A stretch of DNA of 41,927 nucleotides. Origin: an uncultured Methanosarcinales archaeon. GTDB lineage: Archaea > Nanobdellota > Nanobdellia > Woesearchaeales > JAGVZT01. Within the stretch, counting starts at the first letter, position 1. The number at the start of each line of letters is the position of its first letter. The notes under the pieces are model-generated. The model was not told where the DNA came from, did no database searches, and saw nothing but the letters and a program-made list of their open reading frames with translations. The DNA lies in assembly GCA_964419615.1 (NCBI GenBank), contig CAYQPU010000011.1, positions 1 to 41,927 of the forward strand, read 5' to 3'. Below, one piece after another: positions 16,424-26,366 of this stretch. Position numbers and translations under genes: made by a program.

Positions 16424-16579
16424 ATTGTTTTCCTCCAATAAATTTTTCACTCAGAAACAGTTTTTGATATATTAACCAAGTTTAAGTTCCCGATTTTGAT
16501 CTGTAATGTTAATTATCTTTTAAATGCTTTGGTTTTTGCATATATAAAGCAACATTACAAGTAAAATTTGAGGCAAATT

Positions 16580-16816
16580 TTATGGATTCAATCTAGAAAT
16601 CATATCTTCACAGAATTCAATGTCTTTTTCTATAATCTCTGAAAGGTCTGAATCATATTGCCTTGCACCAGCCAGAGCTCTTTTGCATATATGAAATTGT
16701 TCAATAGCTCCTTGATAATCTCCTTCTTTTTCAAGATTTCTACCCCTATTAAATGCAGGCATTATCCTTTTTGCATAATAGTTAAAAGCGCTCGTTTCAA
16801 CAACAAAGATATTCAT
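16580..16816 (-). CDS. Small helical (TPR-like) hypothetical protein
   Basis: AFNRGRNLEKEGDYQGAIEQF looks like one TPR repeat; ATG 16816 preferred to the track start because of the shared TATA near 16872-16880. Confidence 0.45.
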   Translation of the reverse strand: MNIFVVETSAFNYYAKRIMPAFNRGRNLEKEGDYQGAIEQFHICKRALAGARQYDSDLSEIIEKDIEFCEDMISRLNP

Positions 16817-16901
16817 CTTATCTGCAGGAAACCAGAAAAGGTATATCAATATTTTGGAAAAATCAAATAAATTTATATATTTTAAAGACAAAAAACATCT
16901 T

Positions 16902-17495
16902 ATGTTGCCAATCCAGCTCAGTTTTCAAGAAGCAATAACATTTTTGGAACCATTAATATTATTCATAATTGGGATGGCAGTATATGCTATATTTATATTC
17001 CATTTTTACAAATTCATAGCAAAAAGAGATTTTGTCGACCTTGATCTAAACCAGTACAATGATTCAAAACATCCACTCTTTAACAAACTTAATGAAGTTC
17101 TGTTCTACATAATTGAGTATATTTTTTTAGTACCATTATTTACATTTATTTGGTTTGTTGTACTACTTGGACTATTAACATTCCTATCTGAGCAGTTGAT
17201 GGTACAGCATTTGATACTAACTTCAATGGCAGTTGTTGGAGCAATAAGAATAACATCATACTATAATGAAGATCTTTCATCTGATCTTGCAAAGTTATTA
17301 CCCTTAGCACTCCTTGGTGTGTACATTGTTGACTCAAAATTTATTTCATTGTCAGAATCATGGAACACATTAATGCAAGTTCCATCAGAATGGAAAATGT
17401 TAATGTATTATCTGTTATTCGCAATAGGCTTAGAATTTGTTATGAGAATACTGCATTTAGTTATAGATGGTTTTTCTGATGAAAAAGCTGAGTAG
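16902..17495 (+). CDS. Integral membrane protein
   Basis: About 5 hydrophobic segments; ATG 16902 follows TATA TTTATATA near 16872. Confidence 0.7.
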   Translation: MLPIQLSFQEAITFLEPLILFIIGMAVYAIFIFHFYKFIAKRDFVDLDLNQYNDSKHPLFNKLNEVLFYIIEYIFLVPLFTFIWFVVLLGLLTFLSEQLMVQHLILTSMAVVGAIRITSYYNEDLSSDLAKLLPLALLGVYIVDSKFISLSESWNTLMQVPSEWKMLMYYLLFAIGLEFVMRILHLVIDGFSDEKAE

Positions 17496-17566
17496 GATCT
17501 AGTTATTAGTTCACTGGACATGTATGCGTCAGCCATTTAAGAAACCTTTATATACTACAATATTTC

Positions 17567-18151
17567 ATGTATAAATACTCAATGAGATTTATCTCAAAAA
17601 ACATAATTAAATTGGATAAGGAACTTTCAGATCTAGATATTTTCACAATAGATTTTATTAAAATTCTTGGACATTACACCGACTATGTTCTCGTAAGTGG
17701 TTATGTCTCAATATTATTAGGTAGAGCAAGGTCAAGTGAAGATGTTGACATAACAATTCCAAAAATGAATTTTGATAAATTTGAAAAACTATTGACTAAC
17801 TTAAAAAAAGACTTTTATTGCTTAAATGCAGAAACTGATCAAGAAATATATAATTACATATCTGATAAAATTGCAGTAAGATTTGCAAAGAAAGGAAAAG
17901 TTATCCCAAATATGGAACTAAAATTTGCTAAAAATAGATCAGACATGTTAGCACTAAAAACCAAAATTATAATCCAACTGGGTACAATTGATTTATCAGT
18001 ATCACAACTAGAACTTCAAATTGCATTTAAAGAACAAGTATTGAAATCACCAAAAGACATTGAAGATGCTCACCATTTAAGACAAATTGCTAAGGGAAAA
18101 TTAGATGTGGAATTAATAGCCAAGCATAAGGGGATACTAAATGGGATTTAA
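17567..18151 (+). CDS. Nucleotidyltransferase-fold protein (DUF6036-like)
   Basis: VLVSGYVSILLGRARSSEDVDI (G...DxD), late K...SPKDIEDA motif. Confidence 0.6.
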   Translation: MYKYSMRFISKNIIKLDKELSDLDIFTIDFIKILGHYTDYVLVSGYVSILLGRARSSEDVDITIPKMNFDKFEKLLTNLKKDFYCLNAETDQEIYNYISDKIAVRFAKKGKVIPNMELKFAKNRSDMLALKTKIIIQLGTIDLSVSQLELQIAFKEQVLKSPKDIEDAHHLRQIAKGKLDVELIAKHKGILNGI

Positions 18152-18323
18152 TGAAGACAACAACAAAGAAAGATTAAAATTTGTTGACAAATGGGCAAAG
18201 TTTGTTAGAGAAAATGAAGATAAGGTATGGTCAAATCAACAAAATGTGATTATTAATTCTAATCTTAAATCAGCAAACATATCTAAAGAAGATTATTTAA
18301 AGATGAAACAAGAATTTGCTTAA
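18141..18323 (+). CDS. Small hypothetical protein coupled to the nucleotidyltransferase
   Basis: 60 aa; overlaps both neighbours; SD-like AGGGG upstream. Confidence 0.55.
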   Translation: MGFNEDNNKERLKFVDKWAKFVRENEDKVWSNQQNVIINSNLKSANISKEDYLKMKQEFA

Positions 18324-18897
18324 TATGAAAACATTAATCATAACAGCTGGACTTCCAGGAGTTGGCAAAAGCTATGCAATGAGAATATTAACTCACTTGT
18401 TGGAGCAGAAAGGTTATCATGTGCATTACTTTGATTCTGACTTATTTGCAAAGGAATATGTGAAAAAGCATCCTGATTACCTTGATAAATCTCAAGAAGA
18501 ACAAACAAAGATAAGACTTGAAACACATCAAGAAAAAATTATTGAAATGGATAGAAGGTTTAATAGCTTGTTTGGAAAAATAGATAAAAAAAGGATCATT
18601 CTGCTTGACACATGTTTTGATTTGCCTGATTCAAGAAAAATGTTTTACACCTATGCGAAAAAAGTAAACTTGTGGATACTTGAAATTACATGTCCCTCTG
18701 ATACTGTCAAAAAAAGAATCTTTGAAAATCCTCATGAAGTTGAAAGAATGGTTGGTGATAAACAATCAAGATGGGACATACACCAAAAAATGAAATCATG
18801 GTGGAAACCAATTAAATGGAAAAATCATATGAAAATTGATTCATCAAATGATTTAGAAGCGCAGTTGAAACTTTTCATTATAAAGTTAATATTATAA
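18316..18897 (+). CDS. P-loop kinase (AAA_33 / nucleotide-kinase-like)
   Basis: LIITAGLPGVGKS Walker A, FDSD, IILLDTCF, lid Arg in TVKKRI; true start probably ATG 18325. Confidence 0.75.
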   Translation: MLNMKTLIITAGLPGVGKSYAMRILTHLLEQKGYHVHYFDSDLFAKEYVKKHPDYLDKSQEEQTKIRLETHQEKIIEMDRRFNSLFGKIDKKRIILLDTCFDLPDSRKMFYTYAKKVNLWILEITCPSDTVKKRIFENPHEVERMVGDKQSRWDIHQKMKSWWKPIKWKNHMKIDSSNDLEAQLKLFIIKLIL

Positions 18898-18938
18898 CCT
18901 AACAATTAATTCTTTATCTGTCTCTAATACCTGAAGGG

Positions 18939-19334
18939 TTAATGTTGTCTTATAGAAAGGTTAGTATCTGATCTTAATACTGTGGGCCAGGGATTGCAAT
19001 AACCTTGTGAAACTGGTTTTTTCCTAACTAGATTGTCAGGAGAAAAATCATATAGTTTGGTTCCTAGTTCATCCCAATAGACTGTCACCCTTTCACCTGG
19101 ATCAATTCCTACTGCTTTACACTCATCATCAAGTCTTAAAAATATAATCTTGCCTTCTGGATCAAATCTATGAAGATAGGCTCCATTGCTATCATAGTCT
19201 AGTTGTGCTGTTGAGATTCTTACAGGTCCTAAATATTCTTCTCTTCTTTCTAAAGTAAGGCCGAACTTACATTTGACATAGTTCCAATACTGTTCAATTG
19301 CTTCTTCAAAATTGGATCCTGCTAATAGTTTCAT
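18939..19334 (-). CDS. Hypothetical protein
   Basis: ATG 19334 about 25 nt after TATA TTTATATA; no family recognised. Confidence 0.55.
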   Translation of the reverse strand: MKLLAGSNFEEAIEQYWNYVKCKFGLTLERREEYLGPVRISTAQLDYDSNGAYLHRFDPEGKIIFLRLDDECKAVGIDPGERVTVYWDELGTKLYDFSPDNLVRKKPVSQGYCNPWPTVLRSDTNLSIRQH

Positions 19335-19498
19335 AATTAATAAGAAACACATAAAATATATAAATTTTCTTGAATCATTTTGTTATCATTTCAGTGAATG
19401 AATTAGATATAGAATTAAATCTCTCTATTTTGAACTCTTTTCATAATTTTGTGTAAATTCTGAATATTATCTATTGTAATTACCAAAATATGTTTAGT

Positions 19499-20107
19499 TT
19501 ATTTCAGTCTGTAAAACTCATCAAAATCTTTTGATCTCTCAAACTCAAAACCAATCTCTGAAAACAACATTTCTACCTTACTAGAATCATATATCCATCC
19601 ATTCTTGTTTCTTAATAAATTCTGAACATGATCTGGATCAGCATACTTTGCCCATCTCATAACAAAATTACTGCAATCCCTTAGCGGAAGAGAAACTAAT
19701 AGCCCATTTCTTGAAACTCTTCTTGATTCTTCTAGTATATTCCTAACTCCTTTTTTTGTTGGAATATGTTCCAGAATCTGAGGTAGCAAGACAACATCAA
19801 AACTTTTTGAAGCATAAGGTAAAACACTTCCATCCCCAATACAAAATAATACTCTATCCTTAATACTTTTGCTAGTTCTTGCAACAGCTTCCTCCAACCT
19901 ACCTTGTGAAATATCATAACCTGCAGCATAAGAAATTGCTTTTTTTTCTAGCAAGGTTCTGAATATGTAGCCTTCAGCAGTTCCAACTTCAAGAATTGTA
20001 TCTGATTCATGAAAATAGCTTAGTTCTTTAATCACTTTTTCTGGAGTATTAAAAAACTCGGCCCATACTTCTGCTTCAAATAAATTATAGAAATTTTGAA
20101 AATTCAT
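19499..20107 (-). CDS. Class I SAM-dependent methyltransferase
   Basis: ILEVGTAEG (motif I), GYDIS, GDGSVLPYASKSFDVVLLPQILEHI. Confidence 0.9.
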   Translation of the reverse strand: MNFQNFYNLFEAEVWAEFFNTPEKVIKELSYFHESDTILEVGTAEGYIFRTLLEKKAISYAAGYDISQGRLEEAVARTSKSIKDRVLFCIGDGSVLPYASKSFDVVLLPQILEHIPTKKGVRNILEESRRVSRNGLLVSLPLRDCSNFVMRWAKYADPDHVQNLLRNKNGWIYDSSKVEMLFSEIGFEFERSKDFDEFYRLK

Positions 20108-20157
20108 CTTTATTATAGGGAATAATTATTAATATAAAAACCTTATTAGTTTAGTAA

Positions 20158-20547
20158 TTAATCAAGTTCTAAAGCTTCTAATATCAAATCAAGCTTTTTA
20201 TTAATCTCTTTTAATTCATTAGAGCCAGATCTGCCTCTGCCAGAGTCTCTGCTTGGTTTTTTAAAACAATCACTGCAATAAACAGGCTTGCTAGAAGTTG
20301 GTTTAAATGGCACTTCACATGTCTTTCCACACTTATCACAAGTTACCTCATGCATTTCAGGTGATCTTCCTCTGCCACCTCTTGAGTCTCTTCTAGGGCG
20401 TCTACCACCTGAGGATTCTCTTCTACCAAATCTAGGTGGTCTGGAATCTCTTCTTGAACCTCTGGAATCTCCACGAGAACCTCTATTATTTCCTCTGTCT
20501 GATCTGCCTCTTCCTCTCCCTGAACCTCTTCTCTCTCTGGGTGCCAT
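20158..20547 (-). CDS. Arg/Gly-rich protein with CxxC-x17-CxxC zinc ribbon
   Basis: MHEVTCDKCGKTCEVPFKPTSSKPVYCSDCF; RG/RS low-complexity flanks; C-terminal short coiled coil. Confidence 0.9.
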   Translation of the reverse strand: MAPRERRGSGRGRGRSDRGNNRGSRGDSRGSRRDSRPPRFGRRESSGGRRPRRDSRGGRGRSPEMHEVTCDKCGKTCEVPFKPTSSKPVYCSDCFKKPSRDSGRGRSGSNELKEINKKLDLILEALELD

Positions 20548-20638
20548 TGTATGCAAGTGGTTGCCTGTAAGTATATATATGTGTTTGCATTTGTATACTT
20601 CACAAGATTTATTATTGATTTTATATCTCCACTATACC

Positions 20639-21313
20639 ATGAGTGATGTAAAGTACTGGTGTATCCGTGGAGCATATAGGTTTTTCACTTTCTATAAAAA
20701 CAGGGAAATCATTGGCCTTGAAAACTTCCCAAAAAAAGGTCCAGTTGTTTTTGTTGCTAATCATATTAAAAGTAAAGGCCCAACAAACATTGTATCAACA
20801 CTACCAGTGAGATTTCATATCTGGGTGAAAGCAGAACCTGTTGATTATAAAACTGCACCAGCCTATGTAAGACAAGATTACTTGGAAAAAGAACTCAACT
20901 TACCAAGAATTCTGTCCTACCCTCTGTCCTATCCTATAGGCTTGGTAACTGCAGCTATGATGCATGGAATTGATGCTATCTCAGTCAATGACTCTGATGG
21001 ATCAATAATAAACACATTCATAAAAACACAGAATTTATTGGAACAAAAAAAGTATGTACTTATCTTTCCAGAAGACCCAAGTAAAGATCCTGTTGATGTA
21101 GAGTCTGGTACTAAACCTTTTCTATCTGGAATGTGTACAGTAGGAGAAGTTTATAAAAGGAGAACAGACAGTATCTTAGACTACATTCCAATAGGTGTTC
21201 ATGAAAAAGGAATACTAAACATTGGACAACCTATTCCATACATTGGTGATCATGATGTATTATGTGATCAACTTGAAAACAGAGTTATTGAATTGTATCA
21301 TGATCTTGTTTGA
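20639..21313 (+). CDS. Lysophospholipid/glycerol acyltransferase (PlsC superfamily)
   Basis: IIGLENFPKKGPVVFVANH (motif I, divergent after NH), VLIFPED (motif III), YIPIG. Track start 20288 is antisense overlap; ATG 20639 follows a TATA. Confidence 0.75.
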   Translation: MSDVKYWCIRGAYRFFTFYKNREIIGLENFPKKGPVVFVANHIKSKGPTNIVSTLPVRFHIWVKAEPVDYKTAPAYVRQDYLEKELNLPRILSYPLSYPIGLVTAAMMHGIDAISVNDSDGSIINTFIKTQNLLEQKKYVLIFPEDPSKDPVDVESGTKPFLSGMCTVGEVYKRRTDSILDYIPIGVHEKGILNIGQPIPYIGDHDVLCDQLENRVIELYHDLV

Positions 21314-21353
21314 AAAAATGTAGTGAAATATTGTATCTTTTGTACTGGTGGAT

Positions 21354-21641
21354 TTACATTCTTCTTTTAACATAAAGTGTTGATAATGCTTTGGTTACCA
21401 CCATAACTCCCAGTACAAAATAAACACTGTAATGTATTGCTGATGCATCATTAAGATTTGTGATCAGATCATACAAAGCAACTCCAATTAAAGCCGCAAT
21501 TGCAGCAAAAGAGCAATTTCTCTCAATAATCAGTTGATGCATTCTTTCTCTTTCATCATGGTGTTCATCAAGTTGCATTGAAATATGGATAGCATCAAGA
21601 GAGATCAATACTACAAATATAGCTAAGACTATTAATTTCAT
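21354..21641 (-). CDS. Small three-helix membrane protein
   Basis: Hydrophobic segments with HDERERMH linker (DERE-type motif). Confidence 0.55.
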   Translation of the reverse strand: MKLIVLAIFVVLISLDAIHISMQLDEHHDERERMHQLIIERNCSFAAIAALIGVALYDLITNLNDASAIHYSVYFVLGVMVVTKALSTLYVKRRM

Positions 21642-22245
21642 CCTTGTGATAATCAGTAATTAGTATTAAGCTCTCATCCCAAATATCAGAACCTTCACGG
21701 TTAAAACCAATAACCATTCCTGGCTGGATCTTATTGAGTTTTTCAAAATCAATCCCCTGTTCAATAATCCAATCTAATTGTGCATTATATAATTCTTCGT
21801 CCTCCGGATTGTCAAATCTACATCTTTCCATGTAAGCGCTTTTCATACCACTTGCAAAGATTTGCTCGTCTCTTTTCTCAGTCTTTGGAATCCTATGCTT
21901 TGCATTACTCATAAGATGAAAATATCCTTCTTGAAACTCTGGATCATATACACCCATCCCAGGAAATAGTTCTTCTGCTGTTGCTACAAAGAAATAATTT
22001 CTATCACTCATTAAATTACTTACACCATGCTTTTCTCTTAGTTCACCAGCAAAAAGCATAGCCCCAATACCTGAAGCACAAGCTGCATCAAAGAAAACAC
22101 TATCGTCAAATTCAACAGATTCATCAGCAGTATAAACCCTATCATCCTTAACATCCAGCATAACAACACCAGGCGGAAGAACACTCGCATCTTCCAAAGC
22201 AGCCTCAATCAAATCATCAACTAAATATTCTTTTGTAATATCCAT
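21595..22245 (-). CDS. Acidic hypothetical protein
   Basis: 216-aa ORF with own promoter; no family recognised. Confidence 0.6.
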   Translation of the reverse strand: MDITKEYLVDDLIEAALEDASVLPPGVVMLDVKDDRVYTADESVEFDDSVFFDAACASGIGAMLFAGELREKHGVSNLMSDRNYFFVATAEELFPGMGVYDPEFQEGYFHLMSNAKHRIPKTEKRDEQIFASGMKSAYMERCRFDNPEDEELYNAQLDWIIEQGIDFEKLNKIQPGMVIGFNREGSDIWDESLILITDYHKDEINSLSYICSIDLS

Positions 22246-22296
22246 TTTATTAACCTTAACAATATATGTGATTATATATGGTGGATAAGAATCTAA

Positions 22297-22333
22297 TATA
22301 TAAATCTTTCTATTTTTATCACTGCGAAGTACT
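22297..22333 (-). promoter_or_regulatory. ACT-N4-AGT palindrome plus BRE/TATA of the 22245 gene
   Basis: Minus strand: tACT-tcgc-AGTGATAAAAAtagAAAGA-TTTATATA; 16-nt gap. Confidence 0.7.
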
Positions 22334-22338
22334 GAAAA

Positions 22339-23850
22339 TCAGTATTTGTTACTAGTAACCAATCTCTTCTGTTTTTTCTTCTCACTATACTTATAAGGAA
22401 CATAGATCTTTTTCTTAGTCTTAGGATCCATCCCACAATAATACATACAAGTTGAAACACTCATGGGTGTTGGAGTAAACACCTGCACATGGTCTGTATT
22501 AGTCAACTTAGACAAAGCATCTGCTAACTCCCTTGACTCTTTTTCAGTTGAACCAGGATGAGCAGTAATAAAATAATAAGATAACTTTTCTTCAGGAGCA
22601 ATTTTTCTAAACTCATCCAGGAATTTTTTCAGATCCCCTTTTTTATTCATCAGCTCAAGCACTTTTTTATTAACATGTTCAGGCGCAATTCTCAATGTAT
22701 CAAAGGTATGATGATCAACCATCTCTTTCATCAGTTCAGCTGAAAATAACCTGTATCCTATACCACTCTTAATATTTACTTTATCAACATCTTTTATCTT
22801 CCTTGCCTTTTTTAGCAAAGACAACAGTTTGTTCTGAGATCTATCCAAAACCTTGCAATCCATACAATCCTTATCACACTTATCACAATCACTCCCATAC
22901 ATATTAACAGTCGGCCCTGTCAGATCATCAATCTGGCCCCTGAATTGAGGATGCTTAGTCAACTTTTTAATCTCATCAAGAATTGATTTTTCAGACCTTG
23001 AAACAATTCTCTCACCTTGCGTTAACTTAATAGAGCAAAAATTACATCCGCCATAACAGCCCCTATGAGTCACAACACTAAACTGAAAACCTCGCAAGCG
23101 CTTCGGAACATCCCTTGAATAATCAAAAGAATAGTAATAATCCAGATCTTTTGTTGAGTATACAAAAGACTTATACTGCAAAACATATCTTTTACCGATT
23201 CTCTCAGCAAGATTTTCTTTGTTGGAAAACATCATCTGCATATCACAAAACTTTTCTTTGGACTCGTTAACTTCTTCGTGACTTGGCATCAGCTTAAATT
23301 CATCCGGCAGTTCTCTTTTCACAACGCAGGTTCCATTTATATTATCCAAGTTTTTATTCTGTTTTAATTTAGAAGCAATCTCCAAAACCTGTTTTTCACC
23401 GCAGCCATAAACTAGAATGTCTGCTCTGGAATCAATCAATATAGGTTTTCTAAGCCTATTCTCCCAATAATCATAATGTGTAAACCTTCTAAGAGTAGCT
23501 TCCACCCCTCCGAGTACAATAACTGAATCATTAAAACTTTTCTTAATCCAATTGCTAAAAACAATATCAGCCCTATCAGGAACCAGTTGATCATAATCAA
23601 GATGCTTATCATCAACCCTTGACTTTTTCAAAGGTGTATAATTTCTAACCATAGAATCAACACTTCCCGAGCTGACACCAAAAAACAAATTAGGTTTTCC
23701 AAGTTTTTTAACATCTGCTTCTCTAGTTACTTTATCAATAACTCCAACAGAAAAACCCTTATCCTCCAATAGTCTCTTGATTATAGCAGCACCACATAAA
23801 GGATGATCAAAAAACTCATCACCCAAAACTAAAATTATATCATAATTCAT
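22339..23850 (-). CDS. ygiQ: YgiQ-family (UPF0313) radical SAM protein
   Basis: GDEFFDHP..G.AII, GGVEATLRRFTHYDYW, THRGCYGGCNFC (CxxxCxxC), IAPEH, YFITAHPG, QVFTPTPMSVSTCMYY. Confidence 0.93.
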   Translation of the reverse strand: MNYDIILVLGDEFFDHPLCGAAIIKRLLEDKGFSVGVIDKVTREADVKKLGKPNLFFGVSSGSVDSMVRNYTPLKKSRVDDKHLDYDQLVPDRADIVFSNWIKKSFNDSVIVLGGVEATLRRFTHYDYWENRLRKPILIDSRADILVYGCGEKQVLEIASKLKQNKNLDNINGTCVVKRELPDEFKLMPSHEEVNESKEKFCDMQMMFSNKENLAERIGKRYVLQYKSFVYSTKDLDYYYSFDYSRDVPKRLRGFQFSVVTHRGCYGGCNFCSIKLTQGERIVSRSEKSILDEIKKLTKHPQFRGQIDDLTGPTVNMYGSDCDKCDKDCMDCKVLDRSQNKLLSLLKKARKIKDVDKVNIKSGIGYRLFSAELMKEMVDHHTFDTLRIAPEHVNKKVLELMNKKGDLKKFLDEFRKIAPEEKLSYYFITAHPGSTEKESRELADALSKLTNTDHVQVFTPTPMSVSTCMYYCGMDPKTKKKIYVPYKYSEKKKQKRLVTSNKY

Positions 23851-24527
23851 TTGAAAATTAACTCCTTCTCCTTTTCTGTTAAATTCCTATACTTGCTTTC
23901 TCTTAGATCTCGCAATAAAAGCTTTCCAATCCCAATCCTTTTCAAATAAACAACATTGTATCCCAATACTTTCAGCATTCTCCTGACAATCCTTTTCTTG
24001 CCCTCATGAATGGAAATCTCTATCTTATTGCTTTTTAATCTCTTTACTTTCGCAGGATAAGTAGTATAATCTTCAACCCTAACTCCTTTCTCTAACTTTG
24101 AAATATCCTTCTCCCTAACCTCTTTGTCAAGCTCAACTAAATAAGTTTTATTTATTTCATACCTTGGATGCATGATCTTATTTGCAAAATCACCATCATT
24201 AGTCAATATCAACAATCCGGTTGTATCAATATCCAATCTTCCAACAGGAAAAACTCTCTCTCTTACATCAATATACTTCATAATAGTCTCATTATGAGGA
24301 GAACTAAGAGAAGTAACACAACCCATTGGCTTGTGAAATATTAAGTACACTAACTTTTGCTTTGTTACCAGTTTATCATCAACAAAAATTTTATCATTAT
24401 CTGAAGCTTTGTCACCAATCTTTGCCTTCTTGTCATTAACCCTTACTCTTCCTTTCCTTATCAATTCTTCAGCCTTTCTCCTGGAACAATGACCATACCT
24501 GCTCAAAAGCTTCTGTACACGGTGCAT
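23847..24527 (-). CDS. S4-domain pseudouridine synthase (RsuA/RluB family)
   Basis: RVQKLLSRYGHCSRRKAE (S4), HKPMG, PVGRLDIDTTGLLILTNDG (catalytic Asp), HEGKKRIVRRM. Confidence 0.95.
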   Translation of the reverse strand: MHRVQKLLSRYGHCSRRKAEELIRKGRVRVNDKKAKIGDKASDNDKIFVDDKLVTKQKLVYLIFHKPMGCVTSLSSPHNETIMKYIDVRERVFPVGRLDIDTTGLLILTNDGDFANKIMHPRYEINKTYLVELDKEVREKDISKLEKGVRVEDYTTYPAKVKRLKSNKIEISIHEGKKRIVRRMLKVLGYNVVYLKRIGIGKLLLRDLRESKYRNLTEKEKELIFK

Positions 24528-24574
24528 AAATAAAACTAGCTTGCTTTATAATATAAATTTAATGGAAAAAACCC

Positions 24575-25090
24575 TTAAACCAAAGAAGCTTTAATTATCT
24601 TCACTTCATCTAAGGGTTTGTCATTCCTGTCACTAGAGACCTTTGCAATCTTGTCCACAACATCCATTCCTTCAACCACTCTACCAAAAACTGGGTGCTT
24701 TCCATCAAGAAAATTGTTATCAACCAGGTTTATGAAAAACTGACTTCCCCCAGTATTAGGTCCAGCATTAGCCATAGAAATAGTTCCTCTATTGTTCTTA
24801 TCCAAATCAGTACCTGTGAACTCATCTTTGATAGAATAACCTGGATCTCCCATCCCTGTTCCTGTTGGATCTCCTCCTTGAATCATAAACCCATCAATAA
24901 TCCTGTGAAAAATCACCCCATCATAAAAACCATCTTCAACTAGATCTTTAAAATTACCTGCTGTAATTGGCATCTCTTCATATAATTCAATAATAACATC
25001 TCCATGATTAGTTTCAAGCTTAACTTTTGTAGTTTCCATTTGACATCCTCCTATCAAAATCATCAATAAAATGAAGATTATTTTTTTCAT
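24575..25090 (-). CDS. Cyclophilin-type peptidyl-prolyl isomerase with lipoprotein-like signal
   Basis: FHRIIDGFMIQGGDPTGTG, SMANAGPNTGGSQFFIN, HPVFGRV; start ATG 25090 (MKKIIFILLMILIGGC). Track start 25201 overlaps the next gene. Confidence 0.95.
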   Translation of the reverse strand: MKKIIFILLMILIGGCQMETTKVKLETNHGDVIIELYEEMPITAGNFKDLVEDGFYDGVIFHRIIDGFMIQGGDPTGTGMGDPGYSIKDEFTGTDLDKNNRGTISMANAGPNTGGSQFFINLVDNNFLDGKHPVFGRVVEGMDVVDKIAKVSSDRNDKPLDEVKIIKASLV

Positions 25091-25151
25091 AATAAAATCA
25101 AAATTAGAGTTGTTTTTAAACTTTGCTATTAAAAAAAACAAATAAAACAAA

Positions 25152-25394
25152 TCACTCACTTTGAGAATCATCCTGAAAAAAGCTTGAATAAGCTGCATCA
25201 TATTCTTCTTCTGAAATGATCTGTTTTTTAATTAGTAAATTAATTAGAACATCAACCTTATCATTGGCATGGTCAGCCAAATCTTCAGTACTCATTTCTT
25301 GTTCCTGAGTATCATCTAGATTTTCTGCACTTTCCATCTCTTGAGTTGCAGGTTCCACTTTCGGCACTTCATTGCTTGGACTAAATTCTTCCAT
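25152..25394 (-). CDS. Small acidic hypothetical protein
   Basis: SD GGAGG before ATG; C-terminal DVLINLLIKKQIISEEEY motif. Confidence 0.7.
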   Translation of the reverse strand: MEEFSPSNEVPKVEPATQEMESAENLDDTQEQEMSTEDLADHANDKVDVLINLLIKKQIISEEEYDAAYSSFFQDDSQSE

Positions 25395-25480
25395 TTTAAA
25401 CCTCCTGTTTTCAGAATTGGATGTTTATTTCAAGTATTTAAAGCTATCTTTTGAATTTGTGTAGAATAATTTACTGCCTT

Positions 25481-25522
25481 TTTTACCACTCTTTAGTTAA
25501 TATAAATCAAAAGATTTAAATA
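25481..25522 (+). promoter_or_regulatory. ACT-N4-AGT palindrome plus BRE/TATA of the 25569 gene
   Basis: TTTTACCACT-cttt-AGT, then AAGA-TTTAAATA (25515-25522); 17-nt gap. Confidence 0.7.
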
Positions 25523-25568
25523 TGAACAATATACATCAAAGCTGAATTCTGTTCCAAATTCACAATAT

Positions 25569-26033
25569 GTGGAGATGGATAGTGTTTTTGATTCCATAAT
25601 CAAATGTTTAGATTATCTTGACGAACATGGTGAAAATGAGACTCCTTCTGCAAGAGCTATTGTTCATGTGATGCAAGAAAAATTTTACTTGGGCGCAATT
25701 GATCTGTTTTTAGATAGAGCCAGAGCTTCAGCTCATAAACAAGATTATAAATCAGCTGAGCGTTTGATATCACAACTTATTGACATAGATGCTAGGACTG
25801 ATGATGATCATGGAGATTTATTTGACGAAATTAGAAAAAACTGTTATCCAATCTCAGTTGATGCATTATACAATGAAGCACTTTCTACAGTTTCAAGCGA
25901 GGAAGCTACTCCTCATGATAAAGATAATTATGTTTGCTATCTCTCACAATGGGGAAGATTGAATGACCAAGATGTAGTAGTTATGGTTGAAAATGTTGTG
26001 GCTGCATATGAAAATTCTTTGCTCGAAGATTAA
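25569..26033 (+). CDS. Helical hypothetical protein
   Basis: 154 aa, acidic; one TPR-like segment (ASAHKQDYKSAERLISQ). Confidence 0.6.
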   Translation: MEMDSVFDSIIKCLDYLDEHGENETPSARAIVHVMQEKFYLGAIDLFLDRARASAHKQDYKSAERLISQLIDIDARTDDDHGDLFDEIRKNCYPISVDALYNEALSTVSSEEATPHDKDNYVCYLSQWGRLNDQDVVVMVENVVAAYENSLLED

Positions 26034-26088
26034 TAATAACAAACTATAAAAACACAAATTCTTTTGAAAGCAGATTAGAGGTGATCTT

Positions 26089-26271
26089 ATGAAAAAGCGA
26101 GAAAAAGAAGCAATTGTAAAATTACTAGGGGGTCTAGGTTTAGTTGTATTACTAGCAGGATTGGTTACACCATTGTACGATTTCATGTATGGTCTGGTTG
26201 CAGCAATAGCAATATGGGTATTTTCAGGAGCAGTAGCCAAATACTTTGGTATTGAAGAAAAAAAGAAATAG
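26089..26271 (+). CDS. Small two-helix membrane protein
   Basis: SD GAGGTGA before ATG; two TM segments, basic termini. Confidence 0.7.
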   Translation: MKKREKEAIVKLLGGLGLVVLLAGLVTPLYDFMYGLVAAIAIWVFSGAVAKYFGIEEKKK

Positions 26272-26366
26272 TATATTCTATTTTTTTCCCCTTAATTTCT
26301 AGCCAAGTTGAATTTAGATATATTACAATAGAAAAAATTATATACCCTGTTTTTCTAAAATACATT

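Noticed and set aside
17505-17540. Short GC-richer spacer ending in ...GCGTCAGCCA as a tRNA 3' fragment
   Set aside because: No T-loop consensus or pairing stems; too short to support.
20288-20638. N-terminal 117 aa of track ORF 20288..21313
   Set aside because: Antisense shadow of the Arg/Gly-rich zinc-ribbon gene; the acyltransferase starts at ATG 20639.
25091-25201. N-terminal extension of the cyclophilin ORF
   Set aside because: Overlaps the 25152-25394 gene and the intergenic promoter region; the signal peptide begins at 25090.
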